Source of the DNA: Candidatus Latescibacterota bacterium
GTDB taxonomy: Bacteria > Latescibacterota > UBA2968
Assembly (NCBI GenBank): GCA_965207885.1
Contig: OZ242311.1
Span: 3,040,001 to 3,104,000 of the forward strand
DNA length: 64,000 bases
Reading direction: 5' to 3'
The position numbers were made by a program, and so were the translations under genes. Below, in pieces: positions 29,140-38,807 of the stretch. The notes under the pieces are model-generated. The model was given only the letters and a program-made list of their open reading frames with translations. It had not been told where the DNA came from and made no database searches. The stretch's first letter is position 1. Every line of letters begins with the position of its first letter.

Positions 29140-30087
29140 ATGATGGATAGCGTGCGCGTTGGCGTGATTGGATGTGGTGGCAGGGGCAGGGGACATATTC
29201 GAACTTTGGATGGTTTTGAAGATGTGCATCTCGCAGCGGTTTGCGATCCGGTTGTGGATATCCGCGAGTCCGTGTGTGAAGATTACGGGATTGAAGGGCA
29301 ATACGGCGATGTTTCCGCGTTGCTTGAAGGCGAAGCTCTGGATGCGGTTTTTGTCGCGCCGCCTGCCCACTTAAATGCCACGCTTGCACTGCCGTGTCTG
29401 GAGGCTGGCGTCAATACCTTTTTGGAGAAACCACCCGGTTTGAGCCTGAAAGAAACCGAAGCGTTAAAAGCTGCATCGGACGAAACGGGCGCGAAAGCCA
29501 TGGTGGGGTGGAATCGTCGTTTTCATCCGATTATTGTCGAGGCGCGAGATCTGGTGCTGGATCGCGGTCCTGTGACGCAATTGGTGGGGGAGTTCCACAA
29601 GAGTATCACAGAGCTGGGAAATTCGGGCAAATTTGCCGAGGTGCTGATGGATTGTATGCTTTTTGAGACGCCGATTCACGCGATTGATACGATCCGCTTT
29701 TTGGCAGATGCCGATGTTTCTGAGGTCCACAGTGTGGTGCAGCGGTCCATGTCCGGTTATCGGGATGTACACGCGGCGCTCGTCGCCTTTGAAAATGGCG
29801 TTGTCGCGCAGCTTATTCACAATTATACGACCAATGCCAGGCTGGAGCGTTATGAGATTCACGGACACGAGATTTCGGCTTATATGGAGGGCGTGTCGCG
29901 CGGAGAGGTCTTTTGCGATGGCGAGAAAAGAGAGTTGAGCGGGGATGGATCGGGAACAGATGAACAGAACCGATTTTTTATCGATTGTGTGAAAGAAGAC
30001 CGCCCGGTCGCGCTTCCCGCGGCAAATTTGGATGAGGCGATTAAGACGATGGAATTGGCCGAGGCGATTATGGCCGGGACGCGATAG
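29140..30087 (+). CDS. Gfo/Idh/MocA oxidoreductase
   Basis: VGVIGCGGRG, FLEKPP, VGWNRRF. Confidence 0.88.
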   Translation: MMDSVRVGVIGCGGRGRGHIRTLDGFEDVHLAAVCDPVVDIRESVCEDYGIEGQYGDVSALLEGEALDAVFVAPPAHLNATLALPCLEAGVNTFLEKPPGLSLKETEALKAASDETGAKAMVGWNRRFHPIIVEARDLVLDRGPVTQLVGEFHKSITELGNSGKFAEVLMDCMLFETPIHAIDTIRFLADADVSEVHSVVQRSMSGYRDVHAALVAFENGVVAQLIHNYTTNARLERYEIHGHEISAYMEGVSRGEVFCDGEKRELSGDGSGTDEQNRFFIDCVKEDRPVALPAANLDEAIKTMELAEAIMAGTR

Positions 30088-30089
30088 GG

Positions 30090-30115
30090 CGAATCAACGA
30101 ATCAACGAATCGACG
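30090..30115 (+). repeat. 8-bp tandem repeat (CGAATCAA) about 3 copies after a stop codon
   Basis: CGAATCAA CGAATCAA CGAATCGA CG. Confidence 0.65.
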
Positions 30116-30160
30116 GAGAGGTATATAGCTGGTTCAGGCCACTTTGTCTATTTCTTTCTA

Positions 30161-30189
30161 TTGACAATATTTTCTGAATCCCATACTTT
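30161..30189 (+). promoter_or_regulatory. Sigma70 promoter of tRNA-Pro
   Basis: TTGACA-17 nt-TACTTT, ending 13 nt before the tRNA. Confidence 0.75.
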
Positions 30190-30202
30190 TAGATATTAGA
30201 AA

Positions 30203-30279
30203 CGAGGTGTGGCTCAGTCCGGTAGAGCACCTGCTTTGGGAGCAGGGGGCCGGGGGTTCAAATCCCTCCACCTCGACCA
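30203..30279 (+). tRNA. tRNA-Pro(TGG)
   Basis: Acceptor CGAGGTG/CACCTCG, D arm GCTC...GAGC, anticodon arm CCTGC-TTTGGGA-GCAGG, T loop TTCAAAT, encoded CCA; 77 nt. Confidence 0.97.
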
Positions 30280-30285
30280 ATAAAA

Positions 30286-30320
30286 ACAAGGGGTTGTGAG
30301 TTTTATTCGCAACCCCTTGT
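30286..30320. terminator. Terminator between tRNA-Pro and the convergent purL
   Basis: ACAAGGGGTTGTGA / TCGCAACCCCTTGT stem. Confidence 0.7.
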
Positions 30321-30388
30321 CGTTTTAGGGAGTAAAGGAAAAAGCACCTGTGTAAAAATCGCACAAGCACTTTCTTTTGGCTTCTGTC

Positions 30389-33300
30389 TTACGTTTTACC
30401 CTCGCACCACTCGCGGGCATTTTGGAATATTTGAAGCCACGGAGAGGCTTGAAGATCGCGTTTCCAGTTCGCTGGCATATAGCCCCATTGCCACTTGAGA
30501 AAGGTGCGTTCAGGGTGGGGCATCATGGCGAGGTGGCGACCATCGAGGGAGCAAAGACCGGCAATACCGTGTGGCGAACCATTTGGGTTAAAGGGATAGG
30601 CTTCGGTCGCGGTATTGTTGTCATCGACATAGCGCACGGGGGAGAGGTTTCCGTCTATGACGCGGTCGAGTACGTCTGCGCGGGGAAAAAATGCGCGGCC
30701 TTCGCCGTGCGCGACCCACACGCCGAGGGATGCACCGGCCATGTTTTTAAACATAATCGCTGGACTGTCCTGAATTTGCACAGTGGAAAAACGGGATTCA
30801 AAACGCGCGGATTCGTTGCGAATAAACCGGGGTTGTTCTGTATTGGCAAGGCCGGGGAATGGAACCCAGCCGAGAAGGGCCATGAGTTGACAGCCATTGC
30901 ATACGCCGAGGCTGAAGGTATCCGGGCGGTTGTAGAAGTCATCGAACTGGGCACGTAGGCCGTCGTTGAAGCGAATCACGCCAGCCCAGCCTTTGGCAGA
31001 GTCGAGCACATCGGCATAGCTGAATCCGCCGACAAATACCACCCCTCGGAATTGCTCGCCGAGTGCGATAGTGCCAGATAAGAGATCGCTGGTGGTTATA
31101 TCCCAGGGTTCAAAGCCCGCTGCGGAAAATGCAGAGGTCATTTCGCGATCTCCATTGCTGCCCTCTTCGCGTACGATGGCGACTGCGGGTTTGCTACTGG
31201 CATTGAGAATGGCGGGTGGCGTGGGCATTGGCGCGAAGGGTATGGTAAATTTGGGACCTGTACGTGCGTGCAGAGAAGTCTCTTCTTGTGCGACGCAGGA
31301 TAGATTGGTTTGCTGGCGTTCGAGCCGGAAACTCGTGGCTTCCCACAGGTCGCGCAATTCGGGCATGGGAATTTTGAGAACGCGCTGATTATTGACTGAA
31401 ATTTGGATATCGGGACTGGAGGTTACTTTTCCAATGGTTTGGATGGGTACTTTTTCAAAGATTTCTCGCACGATCATCAGATTTTTGGGATGGACTTCAA
31501 AGACGAGGCCGAGTTCTTCGGAAAAGAGCGAGGAAATCGCATTGGCGCGGGTTTGAAGATCGATCTGAATGCCACAGTTGCCGGCAAAAGCCATTTCCAA
31601 AAGCGCGGTGATGAGACCGCCATCGCTGCGGTCGTGTCCCGAGGCAATGTAATTTTTTGCAATGCAGGATTGGAGTGCGCCAATTGCGCGTTTGAGCAGA
31701 GCGGGATCATCGACATCTGGTGACTCGTTGCCGAGTTGCTCGTACACATGGGCGAGAGAAGACCCGCCGAGGCGATGTTTGTCTGCGCCGAGATCGACGT
31801 AAAGTATGATGCCCTCATCGGGATGTTTTAAGTCGGGCGTGACGGTCTGCGTAATGTCGGGACTGGTGACATAGCCCGATATGACGAGTGTGCCGGGTGT
31901 TTTGACAGTTTCTTCGCCATCCTCTCCCGGTGCGATCGCAGCCATTGAGAGGCTGTCTTTGCCGCCATCTATAGCAATGCCCAATTCGAGCAGAATATCC
32001 GTAAGGGCGCGAGCCGCATCGTAAAGTGCTGCGCCTTCTCCGGGCAATTTGGCCGCCCACATCCAGTTGCCAGAACACTTGATGTCTTCGATGGCACTCA
32101 GCCGCGCCCAGGCGATATTGGTGAGCATTTCGCCCACGCACAGGCGTCCCATCGCCGCAGGATCAATGAGACCTTTGATGGGTTGTTCGCCAATGGCGGT
32201 GGCGGCGCCAGTTGTGCCAAAATGACTTTGTGCAATGACAGCGACGTCTGCTGCGGTTAGCTGGAGGGGCCCCACGCATTGCTGTTGCGCAACAAGCCCG
32301 GTTACACAGCGGTCAACTTTGTTGGTGAGAAATCGTTTGGAACCTACGGAGACGAGGCGAAGCACGCGGTCGAGTGCTTTTTCAACGGTCAGATTTTCGG
32401 GCAGGGTGAGCGGTTTAGTTCGGATGGGAAAGCGGTCGAGTTTGAAGGGCTTTTGCGGCATATCGCCAAGGACTTTTTCCAGGTCGAGGTCAACGGGCGT
32501 GGTGTTGTCTTTGCTGTCGAAGACTACCACCCTCCCATCGCCGGTTACTTCGCCGACAAAAGCGTAAATGACCTTTTCGCGTTTGCAGAGGGCGTCGAAG
32601 AGATGGGCGTGTTCGGGACGGATGAGCAGGGCATTGTTTTCCTGATATTCGGCACCCCAGATCTCGAGTACAGATAGTGTTTCATCTCCAACAGGCACGG
32701 CGCGAATATCGATGCGGGCACCCGCAGGCTCAACGATTTCTTTGAGTACATTGCAGTTGCCACCTGCGCCCTGGTCGTGGATGCTGACAATGGGGTTTTG
32801 ATCGCCGAGTTCGACACAGGCGCGGATCACGCGATTGAGTTTTTGTTCCATTTCTGCGTCGCCGCGTTGCACGGCATTGAAATCGAGTTCGGCTTCGTTT
32901 TCGCCCTGCACCATGCTCGAGGCGGCACCGCCTCCCATGCCAATGCGATAGGCCGGCCCACCGATTTTGGTGACAAGCATTTGGGGTTCAGGCTTTTCTT
33001 TATTTGTATGGCGTGCGTCCATCTGACCGATTCCGCCGCTGAACATAATGGGTTTGATCCATTCTCTGCGTTCACCATTGGGCAGGCGCATACCATAGGA
33101 TCGCGTGTACCCCTGTATAAGAGGTTCGCCGAATTTGTTGCCGTAATCCGAGGCCCCATTACTGGCTTCAATTGCGATTTGCAAGGGGGTGGCGAGGTTA
33201 TCGGGATATTGAAATTTGGGATTTTCCCAGGGTAGATCGTATCCGGGAATATACAAATTGCCCACGCAATACGCCGCTGTACCCGCTATCACGAGCGCGC

Positions 33301-34288
33301 CGCGGCCCGTGGCCTGCACATCTCGGATGCGTCCGCCGGTACCTGTTTCTGCACCGGGAAAAGGGGCAACACCCGATGGAAAGTTGTGTGTTTCCGCGGT
33401 GAAGATGATGTCACAGGTGCGGTCTGAAAATGCAAATGGAGAGGGACTACCGATAGTGGTAGGCACAATAGTGCGTATCGGATACCCTCGGATGGCGCTG
33501 GAATTGTCTTTGAAGGCGATGGTGCTGTTGTTGGGGTTGGCTTTGAGTGTCGATTGGATCATGGCGATGAGGTGATCGGGCATCTCTTCGCCGTCGATGA
33601 TAAGACGACCTTTAAAAAACCAGTGCCTGCAATGTTCGCTGTTGGATTGGGCAATGTCAAAGCATTCGACATTGGTGGGGTTACGGCCGATCTGGTCGAG
33701 AAATAAATCAGTGTAATAATTGAGGTCCCATTCATCGAATGCCAGGCCCATGGTGCGATTGATTTTTTCGAGGGTGCGGCGGCCTTCTTCTATGAGGGGA
33801 ATCTCGGATACGGGTTCTGGTTTTGCGTCAGAGTCAAAGGAGGTGAGGGGGTGGGGATACAGGCATTCGGTCATGCGGTCGTGAACGAGAGACAAAAAGA
33901 TATTTTGCTGATCCAGGCTCAAGGCTGGCTCAATGAGGTAACGCCGCGACCGTTCGATGCGAGAAATTTGCGTGAGACCGCAGGCGTGGCATATTGCCGT
34001 GGCATTTGTGGACCAGGCCGTAGAAAAATTCATGCGTGGCCCCACTTCGATGATCGTGCCAGGTCCCGTAAGAAAGGATTGCTCTGCGAATTGATCTGCT
34101 TCAAAGGTTTCAGATAGCAGATAGATGAGCCGGTTTTGCTGGTCGGCAGAAAGCGGACTGTCCGCTTGTACGTTAAAACAGTATTCAGTTTCGATATTTT
34201 GAATGTGTGCAGAGACGTGTTGCTGTGACAATTGGAGCAGGGTGTGTTGCTGCGGGGGGGATGTGCGAAAGAAATGCTTCAGGCTCAT
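30389..34288 (-). CDS. purL: Phosphoribosylformylglycinamidine synthase, large single-chain type
   Basis: 1299 aa; NSEHCRH, ETHNFPS..PFPGAETGTGGRIRD, HDQGAGG; glutaminase GGFSYAD, GVCNGCQ, MPHPER. Confidence 0.97.
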   Translation of the reverse strand: MSLKHFFRTSPPQQHTLLQLSQQHVSAHIQNIETEYCFNVQADSPLSADQQNRLIYLLSETFEADQFAEQSFLTGPGTIIEVGPRMNFSTAWSTNATAICHACGLTQISRIERSRRYLIEPALSLDQQNIFLSLVHDRMTECLYPHPLTSFDSDAKPEPVSEIPLIEEGRRTLEKINRTMGLAFDEWDLNYYTDLFLDQIGRNPTNVECFDIAQSNSEHCRHWFFKGRLIIDGEEMPDHLIAMIQSTLKANPNNSTIAFKDNSSAIRGYPIRTIVPTTIGSPSPFAFSDRTCDIIFTAETHNFPSGVAPFPGAETGTGGRIRDVQATGRGALVIAGTAAYCVGNLYIPGYDLPWENPKFQYPDNLATPLQIAIEASNGASDYGNKFGEPLIQGYTRSYGMRLPNGERREWIKPIMFSGGIGQMDARHTNKEKPEPQMLVTKIGGPAYRIGMGGGAASSMVQGENEAELDFNAVQRGDAEMEQKLNRVIRACVELGDQNPIVSIHDQGAGGNCNVLKEIVEPAGARIDIRAVPVGDETLSVLEIWGAEYQENNALLIRPEHAHLFDALCKREKVIYAFVGEVTGDGRVVVFDSKDNTTPVDLDLEKVLGDMPQKPFKLDRFPIRTKPLTLPENLTVEKALDRVLRLVSVGSKRFLTNKVDRCVTGLVAQQQCVGPLQLTAADVAVIAQSHFGTTGAATAIGEQPIKGLIDPAAMGRLCVGEMLTNIAWARLSAIEDIKCSGNWMWAAKLPGEGAALYDAARALTDILLELGIAIDGGKDSLSMAAIAPGEDGEETVKTPGTLVISGYVTSPDITQTVTPDLKHPDEGIILYVDLGADKHRLGGSSLAHVYEQLGNESPDVDDPALLKRAIGALQSCIAKNYIASGHDRSDGGLITALLEMAFAGNCGIQIDLQTRANAISSLFSEELGLVFEVHPKNLMIVREIFEKVPIQTIGKVTSSPDIQISVNNQRVLKIPMPELRDLWEATSFRLERQQTNLSCVAQEETSLHARTGPKFTIPFAPMPTPPAILNASSKPAVAIVREEGSNGDREMTSAFSAAGFEPWDITTSDLLSGTIALGEQFRGVVFVGGFSYADVLDSAKGWAGVIRFNDGLRAQFDDFYNRPDTFSLGVCNGCQLMALLGWVPFPGLANTEQPRFIRNESARFESRFSTVQIQDSPAIMFKNMAGASLGVWVAHGEGRAFFPRADVLDRVIDGNLSPVRYVDDNNTATEAYPFNPNGSPHGIAGLCSLDGRHLAMMPHPERTFLKWQWGYMPANWKRDLQASPWLQIFQNAREWCEGKT

Positions 34289-34295
34289 GGAGTCC

Positions 34296-34850
34296 TCAGT
34301 AAATAAAATTGTTGTCCGCCTCTTTGAGTGGGGGGAGGCTTTGATCGCGCCTGGAAAGAATTGGATTTTTTATGGGCCAGGAAATATCTAAGTCGGGATC
34401 ATCCCAAGAAATACCGCGATAGGTCTCTGGCGCGTAAATATCTGTACATTTATATGTGAAGTCCGCCACCTCGCTGAGAACGCAAAATCCGTGTGCAAAG
34501 CCGGGGGGGATATAAAGGAGTTCGGATCGCGCTTCGGAAAGATGAATGCCGATCGACTGGCCATAAGTGGGGGATCCCCGACGAATATCGACGGCAACAT
34601 CGTATATTTCGCCTTTGAACACCTGGATGAGTTTGCCCTGTGCGCGGGGGGCTTTTTGGTAGTGCAATCCGCGCAGCACGCCGCGGGTAGAGCGAGAGTG
34701 GTTATCCTGAGCGAAAGTTTCTAAGATGCCATTAGCCGCGAAATCGTCTCGTTTGTACGTTTCAACAAAAAAACCGCGATCATCGGAAAATCGTTTTGCG
34801 CGAACGAGGATGACGTCGGGGATGTCGAGGTGCTCAAATTCAAAGGGCAT
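34296..34850 (-). CDS. rfbC: dTDP-4-dehydrorhamnose 3,5-epimerase
   Basis: Start MPFEF; DDRGFF, QDNHSRS..GVLRGLHYQ, PPGFAHGF, YKCT. Confidence 0.95.
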   Translation of the reverse strand: MPFEFEHLDIPDVILVRAKRFSDDRGFFVETYKRDDFAANGILETFAQDNHSRSTRGVLRGLHYQKAPRAQGKLIQVFKGEIYDVAVDIRRGSPTYGQSIGIHLSEARSELLYIPPGFAHGFCVLSEVADFTYKCTDIYAPETYRGISWDDPDLDISWPIKNPILSRRDQSLPPLKEADNNFIY

Positions 34851-34965
34851 GATGAAGTGTGAAGGATGAAGTGTGCAACGGTGGTACAACTGGTCGCAGT
34901 ATAGGCCAGTTCACGATAGACAGACGGAGCTTATCTCCACCAGTCTCCAGCCCAGCCCCTCGTCT

Positions 34966-36324
34966 TTACAAGATATCATCCACAAGCTGCGGGGCAAGCC
35001 CTATATAGGATTGAGGCGTTAGATTTTTCAGATTTTTGAGGTCTGCTTGTGGAAGGTCGAGAGTATTGAGAAAGTTGTCGAGATCGTCCTTTGTAATCTC
35101 TGTGCCCCGGGTGAGGTCTTTCATAAGCTCATAGGCGTTTTCATATCCGGCTTTTCGCATGACAGTTTGCACGGCTTCGCCGAGGATTTCCCAGGCGTTT
35201 TCGAGATCGCTGGCAATGGCCTGTTTGTCGATGGCGACCTTGCCCAGACCATTCAGGATGGATTTCAGGGCGAGACACGCATGACCGATGGCCGGGCCAA
35301 TATTGCGACTGGCTGAGGAATCGGACAGGTCGCGCTGAAGGCGCGAGACGGGTAATTTGGTCGATAGATGTTCGAGCAGGGCCGTGCTGATGCCCAGATT
35401 GGCTTCGGCATTTTCAAAGTCGATGGGATTGACTTTGTGGGGCATGGTCGAGGATCCGACTTCTGATGCGACTGTTTTCTGGCGGAAATAGGATAGGGAT
35501 ATATAGGTCCACATGTCGCGGGCAAAGTCGAGTGCGATAGTGTTGAATCGGATGATCAGGTGAAAGACTTCGGCCATATAATCGTGCGATTCAATCTGAG
35601 TGGTGAGGGGATTGAATGTGAGACCGAGACGCTGGACGAAATCGCGGGCGAGGTCGTGCCAGCACACTTCGGGATAAGCCGCGACATGCGCGTTGTAATT
35701 GCCGGTGGCGCCATTGAATTTGCCGAGGTATTCGAGCTGTGTGGCCTGTTTGATTTGCCGCTGCCAGCGATAGGCAAATACGGCGAGTTCTTTGCCCATT
35801 GTGGTCGGGGTGGCGGGTTGACCGTGTGTGCGCGCGAGTATAGGAAGGTTTTTAGTGTCTTGTGCGAGTTGTGAAGTAATATTTGTAACTTCTTGTGCCA
35901 GTGGAAGAAAGACGTCTTTGATAGCGGTTTTGATCATGAGCGCGTGGGCGAGATTGCTGATGTCTTCAGAGGTGCAGCAAAAATGCACGGCTTCACATAC
36001 GTCGGCGAGCGATGTTTCTTCAAGGCGTTCTCTGACATAGTATTCGACAGATTTAACATCGTGATTGGTGACCCTTTCAATTGCAACAACGCGCTGGGCC
36101 TGCTGTTCATCGAAAGTGTCTATCCATGACTTCAATATCTGGTGTTCAGCATCGGTGAATGTGCGGACGTGTGTGAGTGCGGGATGCTCTGATTGGAAGC
36201 GCAACCATTCGATTTCGATCTGTACGCGGTAGGCTATTAGCGCAAAATGCGAGAGACAGGGAACGAGGTCTGTCAAGCGGCTCGTGTAGCGATTGTCGAG
36301 GGGAGAGAGTGCGGTGAGAGTCAT
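34966..36324 (-). CDS. purB: Adenylosuccinate lyase (E. coli type)
   Basis: Start MTLTALSPLD.RY; TNHDVK, ARTHGQPA, SSTMPHKVNPIDFEN. Confidence 0.96.
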   Translation of the reverse strand: MTLTALSPLDNRYTSRLTDLVPCLSHFALIAYRVQIEIEWLRFQSEHPALTHVRTFTDAEHQILKSWIDTFDEQQAQRVVAIERVTNHDVKSVEYYVRERLEETSLADVCEAVHFCCTSEDISNLAHALMIKTAIKDVFLPLAQEVTNITSQLAQDTKNLPILARTHGQPATPTTMGKELAVFAYRWQRQIKQATQLEYLGKFNGATGNYNAHVAAYPEVCWHDLARDFVQRLGLTFNPLTTQIESHDYMAEVFHLIIRFNTIALDFARDMWTYISLSYFRQKTVASEVGSSTMPHKVNPIDFENAEANLGISTALLEHLSTKLPVSRLQRDLSDSSASRNIGPAIGHACLALKSILNGLGKVAIDKQAIASDLENAWEILGEAVQTVMRKAGYENAYELMKDLTRGTEITKDDLDNFLNTLDLPQADLKNLKNLTPQSYIGLAPQLVDDIL

Positions 36325-36334
36325 GGGAATTCCT

Positions 36335-36529
36335 TTACTGATCTTCCGGGTCGCCGTATTCGAAGGGATCGTCATCATCGGGAAATTCAAAAACATATCC
36401 GCACGGGCATATCGGATGATCGGACTCGCGCGGTGTATTGCATTCGGGACAGCGTTCAACGGGTTTGTAGAGGTATTTCGCCAATATGACAATGATGAGG
36501 ACGGTGGCAAAAATGATGGAGTAGAACAT
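36335..36529 (-). CDS. Small membrane-anchored zinc-ribbon protein
   Basis: N-terminal TM helix, CPEC...CPCG, acidic tail; fills the gap upstream of purB. Confidence 0.65.
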   Translation of the reverse strand: MFYSIIFATVLIIVILAKYLYKPVERCPECNTPRESDHPICPCGYVFEFPDDDDPFEYGDPEDQ

Positions 36530-36530
36530 T

Positions 36531-36567
36531 GAAAAAAAATAACAGGCGGGAAGAATACCCGCCTGTT
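36531..36567 (-). terminator. Intrinsic terminator
   Basis: AACAGGCGGG / CCCGCCTGTT stem followed by a T run on the minus strand. Confidence 0.7.
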
Positions 36568-36578
36568 TGATTGTGTGT

Positions 36579-36755
36579 TCAGGTTGTGCCCATATCGCCT
36601 TCGCTCGTAACGGCTTTGACTGGTTTTTGTCGCGCGTTGGTGATGAGTTGGTCTATGCGTTCCTGAAGGGTTTTAATATCTTGTTCGAAATCGTCGAGTT
36701 CTTTGACGAGGTCATCGAAATCGAGCCTGATTGCGTTCGCCTTCCTCAAACCCAT
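36579..36755 (-). CDS. Small coiled-coil hypothetical protein (58 aa)
   Basis: MGLRKANAIRLDFDDLVKELDDFEQDIKTLQERIDQL; RBS AAAGGA; followed by a terminator. Confidence 0.6.
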   Translation of the reverse strand: MGLRKANAIRLDFDDLVKELDDFEQDIKTLQERIDQLITNARQKPVKAVTSEGDMGTT

Positions 36756-36847
36756 TAGATTTCCTTTCTGATACGGGATGGCATCAGGGAGAGGGGGAGG
36801 GGAGTCTGGGAAAGGGAATAGGAATATAGGACAAGCCGGGGCTGTCG

Positions 36848-37762
36848 TCAAGGGGGATTCGCCGACAGCGCGTCGATTTGATCTCTGGTGGGAATCGAAG
36901 GTTGAGCACCGGCTTTGCCAACGGTTAGAGCGCCTGCGGCGCACGCAAAGCGAATGGCGGTTTCGAGGGATTGGTTTTCGCTTAAAGCGCAGGATAGCGC
37001 GCCATTGAAGGCATCGCCGGCACCAGTGGTATCTATTGGTGTAGCTTTAAAAGCCGGTATGTGTAAAGTTTGATCTGGTGTCGCGAAAAACGCGCCCTGT
37101 GCTCCCAGGGTGATGATGGCGTTTTGAGCGCCTTTTTGGAGGAGTTTGTCGGCTGCCTTTGCGATATTTTGGGGGCTATTGGGAGAGATGCCTGTGAGGT
37201 ATTCGGTCTCGGTTTGATTGGGCGTAATGAGAAAAAGGTGAGGCCAGATTTCTTCTGGCAAGTCTGCCGCTGGCGCTGGATTGAGTACGACGCGGGTCTT
37301 GTTTTTTGTCGATAAAGATGCGGCATGGACGACGGTTTCAATCGGGATTTCGAGTTGAAGCAAGCATATTTCTGCGTCTTCATAGACCTGATCCTGGATT
37401 TGATCGGGTGACAGAGCTGCATTCGCGCCTGAAGCGACCACAATGCTATTTTCACCACGATCATCCACGAGGATAAATGCAACACCTGACGGTAAATGGG
37501 GATCAGATACAACCCATCGTGTGTCGATCCCTTCGCGTTGAAAGGCCGATAGAGCTTGCGCGCCAAAATCGTCACAGCCCATGCGCGCTATAAATGTGAC
37601 CTGTGCCCCTGCGCGGGCTGCGGCAACGGCCTGGTTGGCGCCTTTACCACCCGCAGCAGTAAAAAACGCGCCGCCGAGCACTGTTTCACCTGGCGATGGC
37701 AATTTATCGGCGCGAATAACCAGATCGGTATTGGAACTCCCGATGACGATGACGCGGGACAT
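36848..37762 (-). CDS. rbsK: Ribokinase
   Basis: GSSNTDL, GGKGANQA, GENSI, NPAPA, DTTGAGDAF. Confidence 0.95.
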   Translation of the reverse strand: MSRVIVIGSSNTDLVIRADKLPSPGETVLGGAFFTAAGGKGANQAVAAARAGAQVTFIARMGCDDFGAQALSAFQREGIDTRWVVSDPHLPSGVAFILVDDRGENSIVVASGANAALSPDQIQDQVYEDAEICLLQLEIPIETVVHAASLSTKNKTRVVLNPAPAADLPEEIWPHLFLITPNQTETEYLTGISPNSPQNIAKAADKLLQKGAQNAIITLGAQGAFFATPDQTLHIPAFKATPIDTTGAGDAFNGALSCALSENQSLETAIRFACAAGALTVGKAGAQPSIPTRDQIDALSANPP

Positions 37763-38040
37763 GGAGGACCTCTCAGGTTTTTGTTTACGTACTTAAATAT
37801 TCATGCGATAATCTCTTGTGCAAGTCAAGAGGTCATGATTCCCAAGCTGGTATTCTTGACTTGACAGGTGGGTTTGCTTATTTTCTGAAAGTCTTATACT
37901 TTTTGGGAGTTTGAAATCAAGCGCGGAAAAAACGCGCCCTTTTTTGTTTTACAACTGGGGAACATTACAGAATCTGCATCGTTTATCAGACAGGACGACA
38001 TGTTACATAGTTCTTTTAAGATCATGCAGATTGGCGGATC

Positions 38041-38796
38041 ATGAAACGATTTTTACATATTTGTTGTGCGTGTCTGATCGCGTTGAGTGTGGGGTGTGCA
38101 CAAAAAAAATACAAGCGCTTGAGTCCAGAGGTTTATTACAAAGACGCGCAAGATGCACTGAAAAACAAGAAGTGCTACGACGCTGAGTTATTGTTTAGAA
38201 ATATGCTATCGGATTTTCCCGGATCTCATTTGTCAGATGAGGCGCAATTTGGGTTGGGCAAAGCTTTTCAGTGTCAAAAAGATTATGTGACGTCTATTTT
38301 TGAATACGAACGCCTGCTCAACGAATATCCCGTGAGTCCTTATGCCGCCGAAGCCCGGTTCCAGATTGGCGAGTGTTATTATCAGGATGCGCGCGATATT
38401 CACCACGATCAGGATGAAACGCACAAGGCAATTCGAGAATTTGCGCGGTTTATCGAAGACTATCCACAAAGCGATCTCGTCTCTCAGGCAGAGAATAGAA
38501 TTAACGCGTTGCGCAATCAACTGGCCCGTAAGGAAGTCATGATTGCATACGATTATATCCTGTGGAAATATTATTCCTCGGCCAAAGTCTATGCTGAAGG
38601 CGTGTTGAAGGAATATCCCGACACAGAGTCTGCTTTGGATGCGCGTTTTATCATTGCACAGGTCAATTTTAAGACTGGGGCACTCGACGAGGCACTCAAC
38701 GAGCTTACATTGTTGATAGGGCGGGATTTGCCCGAGAAGTTGAAGGAAAAAGTCATTGAAGAGATGGAAAAAGTAAAAAAAGCGCAGTCTAACTGA
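38041..38796 (+). CDS. bamD: Outer membrane protein assembly lipoprotein BamD
   Basis: Lipobox SVGC; TPRs; DQDET..AI..F..FI..YP.S; LARKE..IA..Y. Confidence 0.88.
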   Translation: MKRFLHICCACLIALSVGCAQKKYKRLSPEVYYKDAQDALKNKKCYDAELLFRNMLSDFPGSHLSDEAQFGLGKAFQCQKDYVTSIFEYERLLNEYPVSPYAAEARFQIGECYYQDARDIHHDQDETHKAIREFARFIEDYPQSDLVSQAENRINALRNQLARKEVMIAYDYILWKYYSSAKVYAEGVLKEYPDTESALDARFIIAQVNFKTGALDEALNELTLLIGRDLPEKLKEKVIEEMEKVKKAQSN

Positions 38797-38807
38797 AAAA
38801 CCTTAGG

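Noticed and set aside
30203-30388. Genomic island integrated at tRNA-Pro
   Set aside because: No integrase and no duplicated tRNA 3' end seen; purL follows directly.
37821-37863. CAAGTCAAGA/TCTTGACTTG inverted repeat as an operator
   Set aside because: More simply explained as back-to-back TTGACT -35 elements of the divergent rbsK and bamD promoters; no regulator nearby.
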